A stretch of 60,940 bases of DNA, counting the filler. It is 3 parts of 3 records of this genome, joined end to end, with 100 filler letters (N's around TTAATTAATTAA, not from the genome) between each part and the next. Parts side by side here need not be neighbours in the genome. Positions count along the whole stretch, not along the records: positions 1 to 27,804 come from DRR378314_2089; 2 more parts are not named here. One strand, 5' to 3'. This document shows, piece after piece, positions 1 to 9,136 of this stretch. The first letter of the stretch is position 1; the number at the start of each line of letters is the position of its first letter. The translations under genes were made by a program, and so were the position numbers. The notes under the pieces are model-generated. The model saw only the letters and a list, made by a program, of their open reading frames with translations, had not been told where the DNA came from and ran no database searches.

Positions 1-1
1 G

Positions 2-148
2 CTGACCAACGATATTTTTTGGATGTTGGGAATATCCTTTCTTATTCTACCCTTGGTATTTTTTCCAAAAGGATTGCGATTGGGTTGGCGGGATGGATTG
101 ATTCTTTTGGCTTTTTACGCCGCCTTTATCTACTTTACCGTAAAATAA
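2..148 (+). CDS. Calcium/sodium antiporter (YrbG-like), 3' fragment
   Basis: Frame from base 2 reads LTNDIFWMLGISFLILPLVFFPKGLRLGWRDGLILLAFYAAFIYFTVK*, resembling the CaCA/YrbG C-terminus. Not in the ORF track. Confidence 0.75.
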   Translation: MTNDIFWMLGISFLILPLVFFPKGLRLGWRDGLILLAFYAAFIYFTVK

Positions 149-177
149 AAACCGCCCCAAAGAACGGGACGGTTTTC
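147..177. terminator. Bidirectional intrinsic terminator
   Basis: AAAACCGCCCC-AAAGAAC-GGGACGGTTTT hairpin between convergent genes. Confidence 0.75.
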
Positions 178-210
178 ATTTATAATCAACAACTAATTTA
201 GATACGTGTT

Positions 211-1221
211 TTATACTTCGGCGGATTTTACCGTTTTTACGATTACGGCCGCAACTTTGTATGGGTCGGCGTTAGAGGCAGGTCTTCTGTCTTCTAACCA
301 TCCTTTCCATCCTTTTTCCACCGTAAGGATCGGAATTCTGATGGATGCCCCTCTATCGGAAACACCATAGCTGAAATCTGTAATGGAAGCAGTTTCGTGT
401 TTCCCTGTCAATCTTTCATCATTGTACTCACCGTAAACTGAGATGTGCTCTTTGGTTACTGGACGGAAAGCCTCACATACTTTTTCATAAACTTCTTTGG
501 AACCACATGTTCTCAATAAGGTGTTGGAGAAATTGGCGTGCATACCAGAACCGTTCCAGTCGCCTTTAACCGGTTTTGGGTGGTACTCAATATAGTATCC
601 GTAGCTCTCGGTCAATCTTTGCAACATATAACGAGCTACCCAAATCTCATCACCTGCTTTTTTGGCTCCTTTGGCGAACAATTGGAATTCCCACTGTCCT
701 GCAGCCACCTCTTGGTTGATGCCCTCGAACTGCAGTCCAGCATCCAGACAAAGATCGGCATGCTCTTCAACAAGATCTCTTCCCCAGGTGTTTCTTCCTC
801 CAACGGAACAATAGTAAAGTCCTTGAGGCCCAGGATAACCACCTACGGGGAATCCTAATGGTAGTCCTGTAGCAGTGTCCATAATAAAGTATTCCTGCTC
901 AAATCCAAACCAGAAGTCATCATCCTCGTCATCAATGGTAGCTCTGGAATTGCTCACGTGTGGCGTTCCATCAGGATTCAATACCTCGGTCATAACCAAA
1001 TAACCATCTCTTCTTGCGGGGTCTGGATAAATGGCAACGGGCTTCAATAGGCAGTCAGAGGAACCTCCTTCGGCTTGTTTTGTAGATGAACCGTCAAAAG
1101 ACCACGTTGGGCAATCTTCCAATTTACCGCTAAAATCTTCTTCTATTCTAGTTTTACTTCTAATGTTGGCTGTTGGTTCATAACCATCCAACCATAGATA
1201 CTCTAATTTAGATTTGCTCAT
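211..1221 (-). CDS. glnII: Glutamine synthetase type II (GSII)
   Basis: 336 aa; EYLWLDG, WSFDGSST, FGFEQEY, GQWEFQ, DWNGSGMH, DRGASIRIP, EDRRPASNADPY motifs. Confidence 0.93.
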   Translation of the reverse strand: MSKSKLEYLWLDGYEPTANIRSKTRIEEDFSGKLEDCPTWSFDGSSTKQAEGGSSDCLLKPVAIYPDPARRDGYLVMTEVLNPDGTPHVSNSRATIDDEDDDFWFGFEQEYFIMDTATGLPLGFPVGGYPGPQGLYYCSVGGRNTWGRDLVEEHADLCLDAGLQFEGINQEVAAGQWEFQLFAKGAKKAGDEIWVARYMLQRLTESYGYYIEYHPKPVKGDWNGSGMHANFSNTLLRTCGSKEVYEKVCEAFRPVTKEHISVYGEYNDERLTGKHETASITDFSYGVSDRGASIRIPILTVEKGWKGWLEDRRPASNADPYKVAAVIVKTVKSAEV

Positions 1222-1258
1222 AATTTTGGTAGTTAATCGTTCTCAATTCTATGATTAG

Positions 1259-1266
1259 CAAAAATA
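1259..1266 (-). promoter_or_regulatory. Bacteroidota -7 promoter element for glnII
   Basis: TATTTTTG on the minus strand matches TAnnTTTG, 38 nt upstream of the ATG. Confidence 0.6.
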
Positions 1267-1280
1267 GTTTTTTCATTTAA

Positions 1281-1353
1281 ATATCAATGTTTTAAGGGGT
1301 TAAAATCACAAAGTTGTGTTTATTATTTATATTACCCCTGTTTTTAAAAGGGA
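1281..1353. promoter_or_regulatory. Candidate nitrogen-regulator boxes (degenerate box plus ACCCC-N10-AGGGA)
   Basis: GC-rich boxes in an AT-rich spacer; same layout as 26224-26294. Confidence 0.55.
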
Positions 1354-1404
1354 TGAATGAAAAAAAAGTAATTTTTGAAGTTTAAATTATTAAATTCTTA
1401 ATTG

Positions 1405-1412
1405 TAGATTTG
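1405..1412 (+). promoter_or_regulatory. Bacteroidota -7 promoter element for GSIII
   Basis: TAGATTTG about 20 nt before ATG 1433. Confidence 0.6.
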
Positions 1413-1432
1413 AAAATTAAAGATTGTTGAAA

Positions 1433-3619
1433 ATGTCAAAAACAAGATTTCAGGCCTTGGCGGAAAGTCGAAATAGGGGGCAAATTAGTATTAATGAAAC
1501 AGGAAAAAGATCCGATCTATTCGGGAAAAATGTTTTCAATGAGGATAAGATGCTCCAATTCCTTACGGAAGAAGCTTTGGATAAGGTAAAGTCCGCTATT
1601 TTTCAAGGAACTAAAATAGACCGAAAAGTAGCCGACCAAGTTGCCGAAGGTATGAAAGCCTGGGCACTATCAATGGGAGCTACGCACTATACACACTGGT
1701 TTCAGCCATTAACAGGTGCCACAGCAGAAAAACATGACGCTTTCTTCGATATTCTTCCCAACGGAAGGGCGATGGAGAAGTTTGGAGGCGCACAATTGGT
1801 GCAGCAAGAACCCGATGCTTCCAGTTTTCCTAGTGGTGGAATCCGAAACACTTTTGAAGCACGTGGGTACACCGCCTGGGACCCCACATCTCCAGCTTTT
1901 ATTTATAAAACAACCTTGTGCATCCCCACCATTTTTGTGGCTTACACGGGAGAAGCTTTGGATAATAAAGCTCCATTACTGCGGGCCTTGCATGCTGTAG
2001 ACCAAGCAGCTACTTCGGTAGCGCAATACTTTGATAAAAATGTTAGAAAAGTACATGCGACACTGGGTTGGGAACAGGAATATTTTTTAATTGATAAGTC
2101 ATTGGTAAATTCCCGTCTGGATCTTTCCGTAACTGGACGGACCCTAGTCGGCAGTTTCTCGGCCAAAGGCCAGCAATTGGACGACCACTATTTTGGAGTG
2201 ATTCCGGCAAGGGTTCTAGGGTTTATGAGTGAGTTGGAAAAAGAATGTACCAAACTCGGAATCCCGGTAAAAACACGCCATAATGAGGTGGCGCCAAACC
2301 AATTTGAACTTGCCTCCGTATTTGAAGAGGCCAACCTCTCAGTAGATCACAATTTATTGTTAATGGATGTGATGGAAGAGATTGCCGATAAATACAATTT
2401 CTCCGTGCTCTTCCACGAAAAGCCCTTTTCGGGAATCAACGGCTCAGGTAAACACAACAACTGGTCGCTAGGTACCGATACAGGGGTTAATTTATTGAGC
2501 CCGGGTACAACCCCGATGAAAAACCTACAGTTTCTGACATTCTTCATAAATACCATCAAAGCAGTGGATACTTATGAAGAATTGTTGAGAGCTTCAATTG
2601 CTTCGGCCAGTAACGATCACAGATTGGGAGCCAATGAAGCACCACCACCCATTATTTCCATATTTATAGGTAAACAATTGAGCGATGTGCTTGATGAGTT
2701 GGAAGGGGTTTCCAAAGGAAAATTGTCCCCGAAGGAAAAAACCGAGCTTAAACTCAACGTAGTGGGCAAGATTCCGGAAATATTGCTCGACAATACGGAC
2801 AGGAACCGAACATCACCTTTTGCGTTCACCGGAAATAAATTTGAGATGAGAGGGGTAGGGGCCAAGATGAACTGTGCCAAGCCCATGACCATGCTCAATA
2901 CGATTGTGGCCAAACAATTGACCGACTTTAAAAAAGAGGTCGATGTCTTGATCGACAAGAAAAGCCTAAAAAAGGACGAAGCAGTTTTCAATGTATTGCG
3001 AGAATACATCAAAACATCCAAACGTATCCGTTTTGAAGGGGATGGTTATGGTATTGAATGGCAGGAAGAAGCACGCAGACGAAAACTGAGCTTTAACAAA
3101 AATACACCGGAAGCGCTGCAGGTCATCACATCAAAAGAAAGCTACGCACTCTTCAAACAAATGGATGTGATGAACGAAGTGGAACTCAAAGCTCACAAAG
3201 AAGTGGAATTGGGCGCTTACATTTTCCATATTCAGATCGAAGGCCGTATTCTGGGGGAAATGGTATACAATCATATTATTCCTGCTGCTGTCAAGTATCA
3301 GAATATGCTATTGGAGAACATTCAGGGGCTTAAGGACGTTTATGGGGCCGCTCATAAAAAAACGGCAGAAGTCCAATTGAATATTTTAGAGCAAATCGGG
3401 GAGCACATCATTGAAATTAAAAAGCTTACCGATGAAATGGCCGATGCTCGAAAGCGAGCCAATGGTATGTCCGTAGTGGATAAGAAGGCCCAAGCGTATT
3501 GTAATAATGTGCGTCCGTATTTTGATAAAATCCGTGAACATTCCGATGCATTGGAAAAACTTATCGCGGATGAATTCTGGCCATTTACCAAATACAGGGA
3601 AATGTTGTTTTCCAAATAG
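1433..3619 (+). CDS. glnN: Glutamine synthetase type III
   Basis: About 728 aa; THYTHWFQPLTG, AEKHDAF, EPDASSFPSGG, HEKPFSGINGSGKHNNWS, DRNRTSPFAFTGNKFE motifs. ATG 1433 preferred over TTG 1424. Confidence 0.95.
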   Translation: MSKTRFQALAESRNRGQISINETGKRSDLFGKNVFNEDKMLQFLTEEALDKVKSAIFQGTKIDRKVADQVAEGMKAWALSMGATHYTHWFQPLTGATAEKHDAFFDILPNGRAMEKFGGAQLVQQEPDASSFPSGGIRNTFEARGYTAWDPTSPAFIYKTTLCIPTIFVAYTGEALDNKAPLLRALHAVDQAATSVAQYFDKNVRKVHATLGWEQEYFLIDKSLVNSRLDLSVTGRTLVGSFSAKGQQLDDHYFGVIPARVLGFMSELEKECTKLGIPVKTRHNEVAPNQFELASVFEEANLSVDHNLLLMDVMEEIADKYNFSVLFHEKPFSGINGSGKHNNWSLGTDTGVNLLSPGTTPMKNLQFLTFFINTIKAVDTYEELLRASIASASNDHRLGANEAPPPIISIFIGKQLSDVLDELEGVSKGKLSPKEKTELKLNVVGKIPEILLDNTDRNRTSPFAFTGNKFEMRGVGAKMNCAKPMTMLNTIVAKQLTDFKKEVDVLIDKKSLKKDEAVFNVLREYIKTSKRIRFEGDGYGIEWQEEARRRKLSFNKNTPEALQVITSKESYALFKQMDVMNEVELKAHKEVELGAYIFHIQIEGRILGEMVYNHIIPAAVKYQNMLLENIQGLKDVYGAAHKKTAEVQLNILEQIGEHIIEIKKLTDEMADARKRANGMSVVDKKAQAYCNNVRPYFDKIREHSDALEKLIADEFWPFTKYREMLFSK

Positions 3620-3640
3620 AGCACAACCCAAAAGGAAAAG

Positions 3641-3682
3641 ACGGAAAGCATATCAATAGTTTGATGGCTTTCCGTTATTTTT
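3641..3682 (+). terminator. Intrinsic terminator after GSIII
   Basis: ACGGAAAGC...GCTTTCCGT stem followed by TATTTTT; the T-tract overlaps a TAnnTTTG element (3676-3683) upstream of purM. Confidence 0.6.
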
Positions 3683-3697
3683 GCCCAAACCTTTCAT

Positions 3698-4876
3698 ATG
3701 TCATCGGATACCAGTAAAAGATACGCTCAACGAGGTGTTTCAGCCTCCAAGGAAGATGTGCACAACGCCATCAAAAACATTGATAAAGGACTTTTTCCCA
3801 AAGCGTTCTGCAAAATAGTACCCGATTATTTAACAGGTAGCGAAGACCACTGTTTGGTAATGCACGCCGATGGTGCAGGAACCAAATCCTCTTTGGCTTA
3901 TATGTATTGGAAGGAAACGGGGGATGTTTCAGTTTGGAAAGGTATAGCCCAAGATGCACTTATTATGAACGTGGATGACCTTATCTGCGTAGGCGCAACG
4001 GACAATATTATATTGTCGTCCACCATTGGGCGCAACAAGAATCTAATTCCAGGTGAAGTAATTTCGGCCATCATCAATGGTACCGAGGAATTGATTTCCG
4101 ATTTGGAAAAGCACGGCATCACCATTCGCTCCACAGGGGGTGAAACTGCAGATGTTGGCGATTTGGTGCGAACCATAATCGTGGATTCCACTGTTACGAC
4201 TCGTATGGAACGAAAAAACGTGATCGACAATGCCAATATCAAAGCTGGAGATGTAATTGTAGGTTTAGCGTCTTTCGGAAAGGCGAGTTACGAGACCGAA
4301 TACAACGGTGGTATGGGCAGTAATGGGTTGACTTCAGCCAGACACGACGTATTTTCCAAATATCTCGCCGAGAAATACCCGGAAAGTTTTGATGCTTCCG
4401 TTCCCGAAGAATTGGTATACTCCGGAAGTACAAAATTGACGGATGAAGTACCCGATTCGCCCCTTGATGCTGGGAAATTGGTATTGTCTCCGACCCGAAC
4501 TTACGCACCCATTATCAAACAAGTGCTGGAACACTATACTTCAGAAGAAATTCACGGGATGGTGCATTGCAGTGGAGGCGCGCAGACGAAGATTCTTCAT
4601 TTTGTGGAAAACCTTCACATCATCAAGGACAATATTTTTGCGATTCCACCCCTGTTCAAACTGATTCAAGAACAATCTGGGACCGATTGGAAAGAGATGT
4701 ACCAAGTTTTCAACTGTGGCCATCGAATGGAGTTGTATGTGGATGAGCAAGTTGCAGAGGAAATTATTGCGATATCCCAAAATTTTAATGTGGACGCACA
4801 GATCATTGGTCGAGTAGCATCCTCCGACACTAAAAAATTGACTATCCAAAGCCCCTACGGCAAGTTTGAATATTAG
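3698..4876 (+). CDS. purM: Phosphoribosylformylglycinamidine cyclo-ligase (AIR synthase, Bacteroidota type)
   Basis: RYAQRGVSASK, HADGAGTKS, GGETADVGD, SNGLTSARH, VFNCGHRME motifs. Confidence 0.9.
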   Translation: MSSDTSKRYAQRGVSASKEDVHNAIKNIDKGLFPKAFCKIVPDYLTGSEDHCLVMHADGAGTKSSLAYMYWKETGDVSVWKGIAQDALIMNVDDLICVGATDNIILSSTIGRNKNLIPGEVISAIINGTEELISDLEKHGITIRSTGGETADVGDLVRTIIVDSTVTTRMERKNVIDNANIKAGDVIVGLASFGKASYETEYNGGMGSNGLTSARHDVFSKYLAEKYPESFDASVPEELVYSGSTKLTDEVPDSPLDAGKLVLSPTRTYAPIIKQVLEHYTSEEIHGMVHCSGGAQTKILHFVENLHIIKDNIFAIPPLFKLIQEQSGTDWKEMYQVFNCGHRMELYVDEQVAEEIIAISQNFNVDAQIIGRVASSDTKKLTIQSPYGKFEY

Positions 4877-4922
4877 CATACTTTTTGCCCCGAAATAGCG
4901 TTCTTGTAATAAACCTTACGCT

Positions 4923-5363
4923 ATGGAAAGAAAAGAGTTTCTCCGAAGTTTGGGAGCAGGTGCGGCATTTGCCCTCACATTTCCTTGTTTACAAGGCTGT
5001 TCCAAAGACCAGATAGATGGTAATTTGGTTGAAGAACCTACGGGGGTCGATTTTACTATAGACCTTACTTCTTCGGAGGCCTCCAGCCTTTCTGAAAATG
5101 GTGGATTTATATTGAAAAATCTAGTGGTTATAGCCAGAAACTTGCAGGGAGAATATGTGGCGGCAAGTCAGGTTTGTAGTCATCAATCTTACGACCAGGT
5201 ACGTTTTGTGGACCAGAATGGCGGTATTTTTTATTGCGATGTACATGGCTCTCGTTTTGATCAGGATGGAACCCCGCTCAATCAAGTGGATGGGAGTCCG
5301 GCCAAGGCCCTGAAGGTCTACAATACAGAACTCAACGGTTCCATGTTACGGGTTTACGAATAG
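4923..5363 (+). CDS. Tat-exported Rieske [2Fe-2S] lipoprotein
   Basis: MERKEFL Tat-like motif, LQGC lipobox, CSH and CDVHGS cluster ligands. Confidence 0.88.
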   Translation: MERKEFLRSLGAGAAFALTFPCLQGCSKDQIDGNLVEEPTGVDFTIDLTSSEASSLSENGGFILKNLVVIARNLQGEYVAASQVCSHQSYDQVRFVDQNGGIFYCDVHGSRFDQDGTPLNQVDGSPAKALKVYNTELNGSMLRVYE

Positions 5364-5382
5364 TTGTTAAGTTCCAAGTCGA

Positions 5383-5817
5383 ATGAAAAAAATAATCTAC
5401 ACACTAATTTTTTCCTGTGCGGGTATGCTTCACGCACAATGGCAAGAAAATTTCGATGAAGCCCTCACCAAGGCCTCTACTGAAGACAAACCCATTGTTT
5501 TGGTTTTTTCGGGTTCGGATTGGTGTGCCCCCTGCATCCGATTAAAGCGACACATTTTTGATAGCGATGAGTTCCAAGCCTATGCCTCGGAACATTATGT
5601 AATGTATGATGCCGATTTTCCAAGGAAGAAACAGAATAAGTTGCCTGAGGAAAAAATGAACCAGAACAAATCCTTGGCCGAAAAATATAACCCAAAGGGT
5701 TATTTTCCCTTAGTGGTGGTAATGGACAAGGATCAAAACGTTTTGGGTACCACAGGTTTTGTGGCCCGGACCAGTCCAGAGAAATACATCAAGACCCTAA
5801 ATAAATTTTTGAAATGA
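5383..5817 (+). CDS. Secreted thioredoxin-family protein
   Basis: Signal peptide; SGSDWCAPC active site; stop overlaps apbE start (ATGA). Confidence 0.9.
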   Translation: MKKIIYTLIFSCAGMLHAQWQENFDEALTKASTEDKPIVLVFSGSDWCAPCIRLKRHIFDSDEFQAYASEHYVMYDADFPRKKQNKLPEEKMNQNKSLAEKYNPKGYFPLVVVMDKDQNVLGTTGFVARTSPEKYIKTLNKFLK

Positions 5818-6809
5818 AAACCCTCGTTGCCTTAGCTTGCAGTCTTTGTTGCCTGCTGTCGTTTGGGCAGTCGAGACAAACCGATGTCACCGTAAAAAGG
5901 ACCTTGAAATTAATGGGGACCCGTTTCGAGATAACCGTGGTGGCACCGAATGAGGAAATTGGCTACATCAACATAGACGAAGCCGTATCTGAAATTGAAC
6001 GCGTAGAAAAACTGATTTCGTCATGGGATAAGGATTCGGAGACCACATTGATCAACAAAAATGCAGGAATTAAACCCGTCAAGGTAAACCGGGAGCTTTT
6101 GAATTTGATTGAGCGTTCCATTAAAATATCCGAAATAACAGATGGTGCTTTTGATATCACCTACGCATCAATGGACAATATCTGGAAGTTTGATGGGACC
6201 ATGGATAAAGTTCCGACCGAAGCAGAAATAAAAAATTCGGTTTCAAAAGTGGGATTCAAAAAGATTCAGCTCGATGCGGAAAACCAAACCGTCTACCTCC
6301 CTGAAAAGGGAATGAAAATAGGATTTGGTGCCATTGGTAAAGGCTATGCTGCCGATAGGGCCAAGGAATTGTTGGTTTCCAAAGATGTTAAGGGAGGAAT
6401 CATTAATGCTTCCGGGGACCTTACCACTTGGGGAACCAAAGTAACAGGTGAAAAATGGCTGGTAGGTATTGCCAACCCGCTGAGCAAGGACAAAGTTTTT
6501 AGTTGGCTGCCCATCATCGAGTCTTCCGTAGCTACCTCTGGCAATTATGAAAAATATATAGAGCTCGACGGGAAAAAGTATTCACATATTATAGACCCAA
6601 GAACGGGATACCCGACGCGAGGCATCAACAGTGTTTCCATTTTTGCCAAACAAGCCGAGTTGTGCGATGCTTTGGCAACAGCTGTTTTTACGATGGGCAG
6701 GGATGTTGGCCTGCATATGATCAATCAGATTGATGGGGTGGAAGCCGTTGTGGTGGACTCCGAAAATAAAGTGCATAAGAGTTCAGGTATTATGTTCGAT
6801 ACGAATTAG
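5814..6809 (+). CDS. apbE: FAD:protein FMN transferase ApbE
   Basis: LMGT, GAFDIT, GAIGKGYAAD, ATSGNYE, HIIDPRTG, DALATA motifs. Confidence 0.95.
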   Translation: MKTLVALACSLCCLLSFGQSRQTDVTVKRTLKLMGTRFEITVVAPNEEIGYINIDEAVSEIERVEKLISSWDKDSETTLINKNAGIKPVKVNRELLNLIERSIKISEITDGAFDITYASMDNIWKFDGTMDKVPTEAEIKNSVSKVGFKKIQLDAENQTVYLPEKGMKIGFGAIGKGYAADRAKELLVSKDVKGGIINASGDLTTWGTKVTGEKWLVGIANPLSKDKVFSWLPIIESSVATSGNYEKYIELDGKKYSHIIDPRTGYPTRGINSVSIFAKQAELCDALATAVFTMGRDVGLHMINQIDGVEAVVVDSENKVHKSSGIMFDTN

Positions 6810-6821
6810 TACATTTAAATT

Positions 6822-7031
6822 ATGGGAAGGCTATATTTTTTACTATTGCTTTTGATTTTTTCCAGTTCCTGCGTCGCCGTGCGCGAGTACGACAAGGTTT
6901 ATGTGAATGATGAAGAGATGCAGTTGAGTGCGCGACCATGCGAGCGCTTCGAAACAAATTTCCATATTTATAGGGAGGCTTCTTCTGGTGCCAACGGTGG
7001 CAAAACAGGCGGTGGATGTGGATGTAATTGA
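6822..7031 (+). CDS. DUF4266 small lipoprotein
   Basis: Lipobox SSSC; C-terminal REASSGANGGKTGGGCGCN; typical context next to apbE and DUF3570. Confidence 0.88.
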   Translation: MGRLYFLLLLLIFSSSCVAVREYDKVYVNDEEMQLSARPCERFETNFHIYREASSGANGGKTGGGCGCN

Positions 7032-7194
7032 AATGGTCAATAAAAAAAATATGGGGCCAGGTTTTGTCAACCTGAACTTGTTTCAGGATCTCATTTGGCT
7101 CTTGATTACCCATATAATGAGATTCCGAAATAAATTCGGAATGACGTACACAAGGAAAATACTACAGATTACAAGTTTCAACTTTTAAAAACCT

Positions 7195-8490
7195 ATGACT
7201 CAATTGTCCATTTCAACAAAAAACCTTTCCGTAGTTTTATTTTTTCTGATGGTGTCTGTGAGTTGGGCGCAACAAAATGCTACTTCTTATAAAAGGAGGG
7301 TGTTGGAGGCAAGCGAGGTGGATTTACTTTTTAGTTATTACAGTCAAGATGGGCAAAATGCAGCAGTAACAGGAGGGGAGGGCACCGAAGAATTGACCGA
7401 TGCCACATCCAGTATTGTACTGCGAATGCCTATGAACGAGGATGATATTTTAACGGTTGATGTTGGGCTATCAGCCTATACTTCGGCATCTTCGAGTAAT
7501 GTGAACCCTTTGGATGGTGGACTCAATGTTAGCCCGTTTGATGCCTCTTCGGGCGAATCGCGAAAAGATTTACTGGCCTATATCAACCCCAGTTATCAAC
7601 ATAGTTCCGATGATCGTAACTCCATTTGGAGTGCCAATGCTTATTTTTCTTCTGAATACGACTATTTCTCTATTGGTTTTGGAGGTAGTTACACGAAACT
7701 TTTCAATGAAAAGAATACGGAGATCACGCTCAGCGGGAACGTATTTTTAGATAAGTGGAACGCAATTTACCCCATTGAACTACGGGACGGATTTTTTGAT
7801 GACCGTATCATAGGAAACGGAACGTACAATCCTATTTTTTCTGAATTTGATAGCGAGAACAGGAACTCCTATTCCTTGTCATTGAGTTTTTCCCAAATTT
7901 TGAGCCAAAAACTGCAGGGTGCCCTATTTATGGATATGGTTTCCCAAAACGGTTTGTTAAGTACACCGTTCCAACGTGTATATTTCTCGGATTTTGAAGA
8001 TTTTTATATTGATGATTTCCAATTGGCGGACAATGTGGAACAATTGCCTGATAGCCGATTTAAGATACCTGTGGGCGGTCGGTTGAATTATTATTTGAAC
8101 GATTTAGTCGTGCTGCGTTCCTATTACCGTTTTTATTGGGATGATTGGGGCATTAGCTCCCACACCGCAAGTTTGGAAGCTCCAGTCAAGTTGACCAATA
8201 AATTCACTTTGTACCCGACTTACCGATACTACACCCAAACTGCAGCGGATTATTTTTACCCAAAGGAACAGGCTTTGTCCACCTATGATTTTTATACTTC
8301 GGACTACGATTTGTCCAATTACGATGCCCATCAATATGGAATAGGAGTGCAGTACAAGGATATTTTTACGAGTGCCAGAGTCCTCAATTTTGGGTTGAAA
8401 ACCATCAACCTACGCTTTAGCCAATATGATCGAAGTGATGGCCTCAATGCCTTCATCGTTACGCTTGGGACTACTTTTGTTGGGAATTAG
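7195..8490 (+). CDS. DUF3570 outer-membrane beta-barrel protein
   Basis: Signal peptide; SYYSQDG..AAVTGGEGTEELTD, SAYTSAS, LSTPFQRVYF, YRYYTQTAADYF; amphipathic strands. Confidence 0.85.
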   Translation: MTQLSISTKNLSVVLFFLMVSVSWAQQNATSYKRRVLEASEVDLLFSYYSQDGQNAAVTGGEGTEELTDATSSIVLRMPMNEDDILTVDVGLSAYTSASSSNVNPLDGGLNVSPFDASSGESRKDLLAYINPSYQHSSDDRNSIWSANAYFSSEYDYFSIGFGGSYTKLFNEKNTEITLSGNVFLDKWNAIYPIELRDGFFDDRIIGNGTYNPIFSEFDSENRNSYSLSLSFSQILSQKLQGALFMDMVSQNGLLSTPFQRVYFSDFEDFYIDDFQLADNVEQLPDSRFKIPVGGRLNYYLNDLVVLRSYYRFYWDDWGISSHTASLEAPVKLTNKFTLYPTYRYYTQTAADYFYPKEQALSTYDFYTSDYDLSNYDAHQYGIGVQYKDIFTSARVLNFGLKTINLRFSQYDRSDGLNAFIVTLGTTFVGN

Positions 8491-9136
8491 CAGGTAAATA
8501 TCCTTCATCTTGAAGGTCTTTGGTATTGCGAATTAATTTAGAACATCCATTTTTCAGAAAATATAGTTCATCACTCAGCTCTAGGATTTCTTCGTAGAAA
8601 TGGTCTGTTAACAATATGATTTTATGAGTCTTTCTTTTCTGTATGATTTCCTTGATTTTGGAGGTATAAAAAGGGGCTAAGTTGGAGAAAGGTTCGTCAA
8701 GCAGAATTATGCTTTTATCACTATATAAAATTAAATAGGTTTCCAATAATCTTAATTCACCACCCGAAAGTTCTGAAGTATAATGGTTTTTGAATGTTTT
8801 GAAATGTTGAAAAGTTTGAATGAATGTTTTCCAGTCAATATTGAACAATTTAAAGCAAGTGCCTACTTTAATATTTTTGGAAAGTAGTTTATGCTGCGGC
8901 AGGTAGGCAACCTTATTGCTTAGAAACAAAGGCTCTTTTATGAACTTTCCATCAATCCGGATGGATTTATATTTAGGTTTTAAGCTTCCAAACAGAATAT
9001 TAAGCAAGGATGTTTTGCCAGAGCCATTTCTACCCAATATTCCAGTAATTTTTCCGCTTTCGGCTTTCAAATACACTCCCCTCAAAATGCTTTTGTTATC
9101 AAAAGAGAGCTCTATGTTGTCAATTTCAAGAATCAA
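8471..9136 (-). CDS. ABC transporter ATP-binding protein
   Basis: GRNGSGKT Walker A, LSGGE, ILLDEP, TDH H-loop; 20-nt convergent overlap with DUF3570. Confidence 0.9.
   Translation of the reverse strand: MILEIDNIELSFDNKSILRGVYLKAESGKITGILGRNGSGKTSLLNILFGSLKPKYKSIRIDGKFIKEPLFLSNKVAYLPQHKLLSKNIKVGTCFKLFNIDWKTFIQTFQHFKTFKNHYTSELSGGELRLLETYLILYSDKSIILLDEPFSNLAPFYTSKIKEIIQKRKTHKIILLTDHFYEEILELSDELYFLKNGCSKLIRNTKDLQDEGYLPANSQQK

Noticed and set aside
19..201. 60-aa ORF from the track
   Set aside because: Alternative frame over the antiporter 3' end and the terminator.
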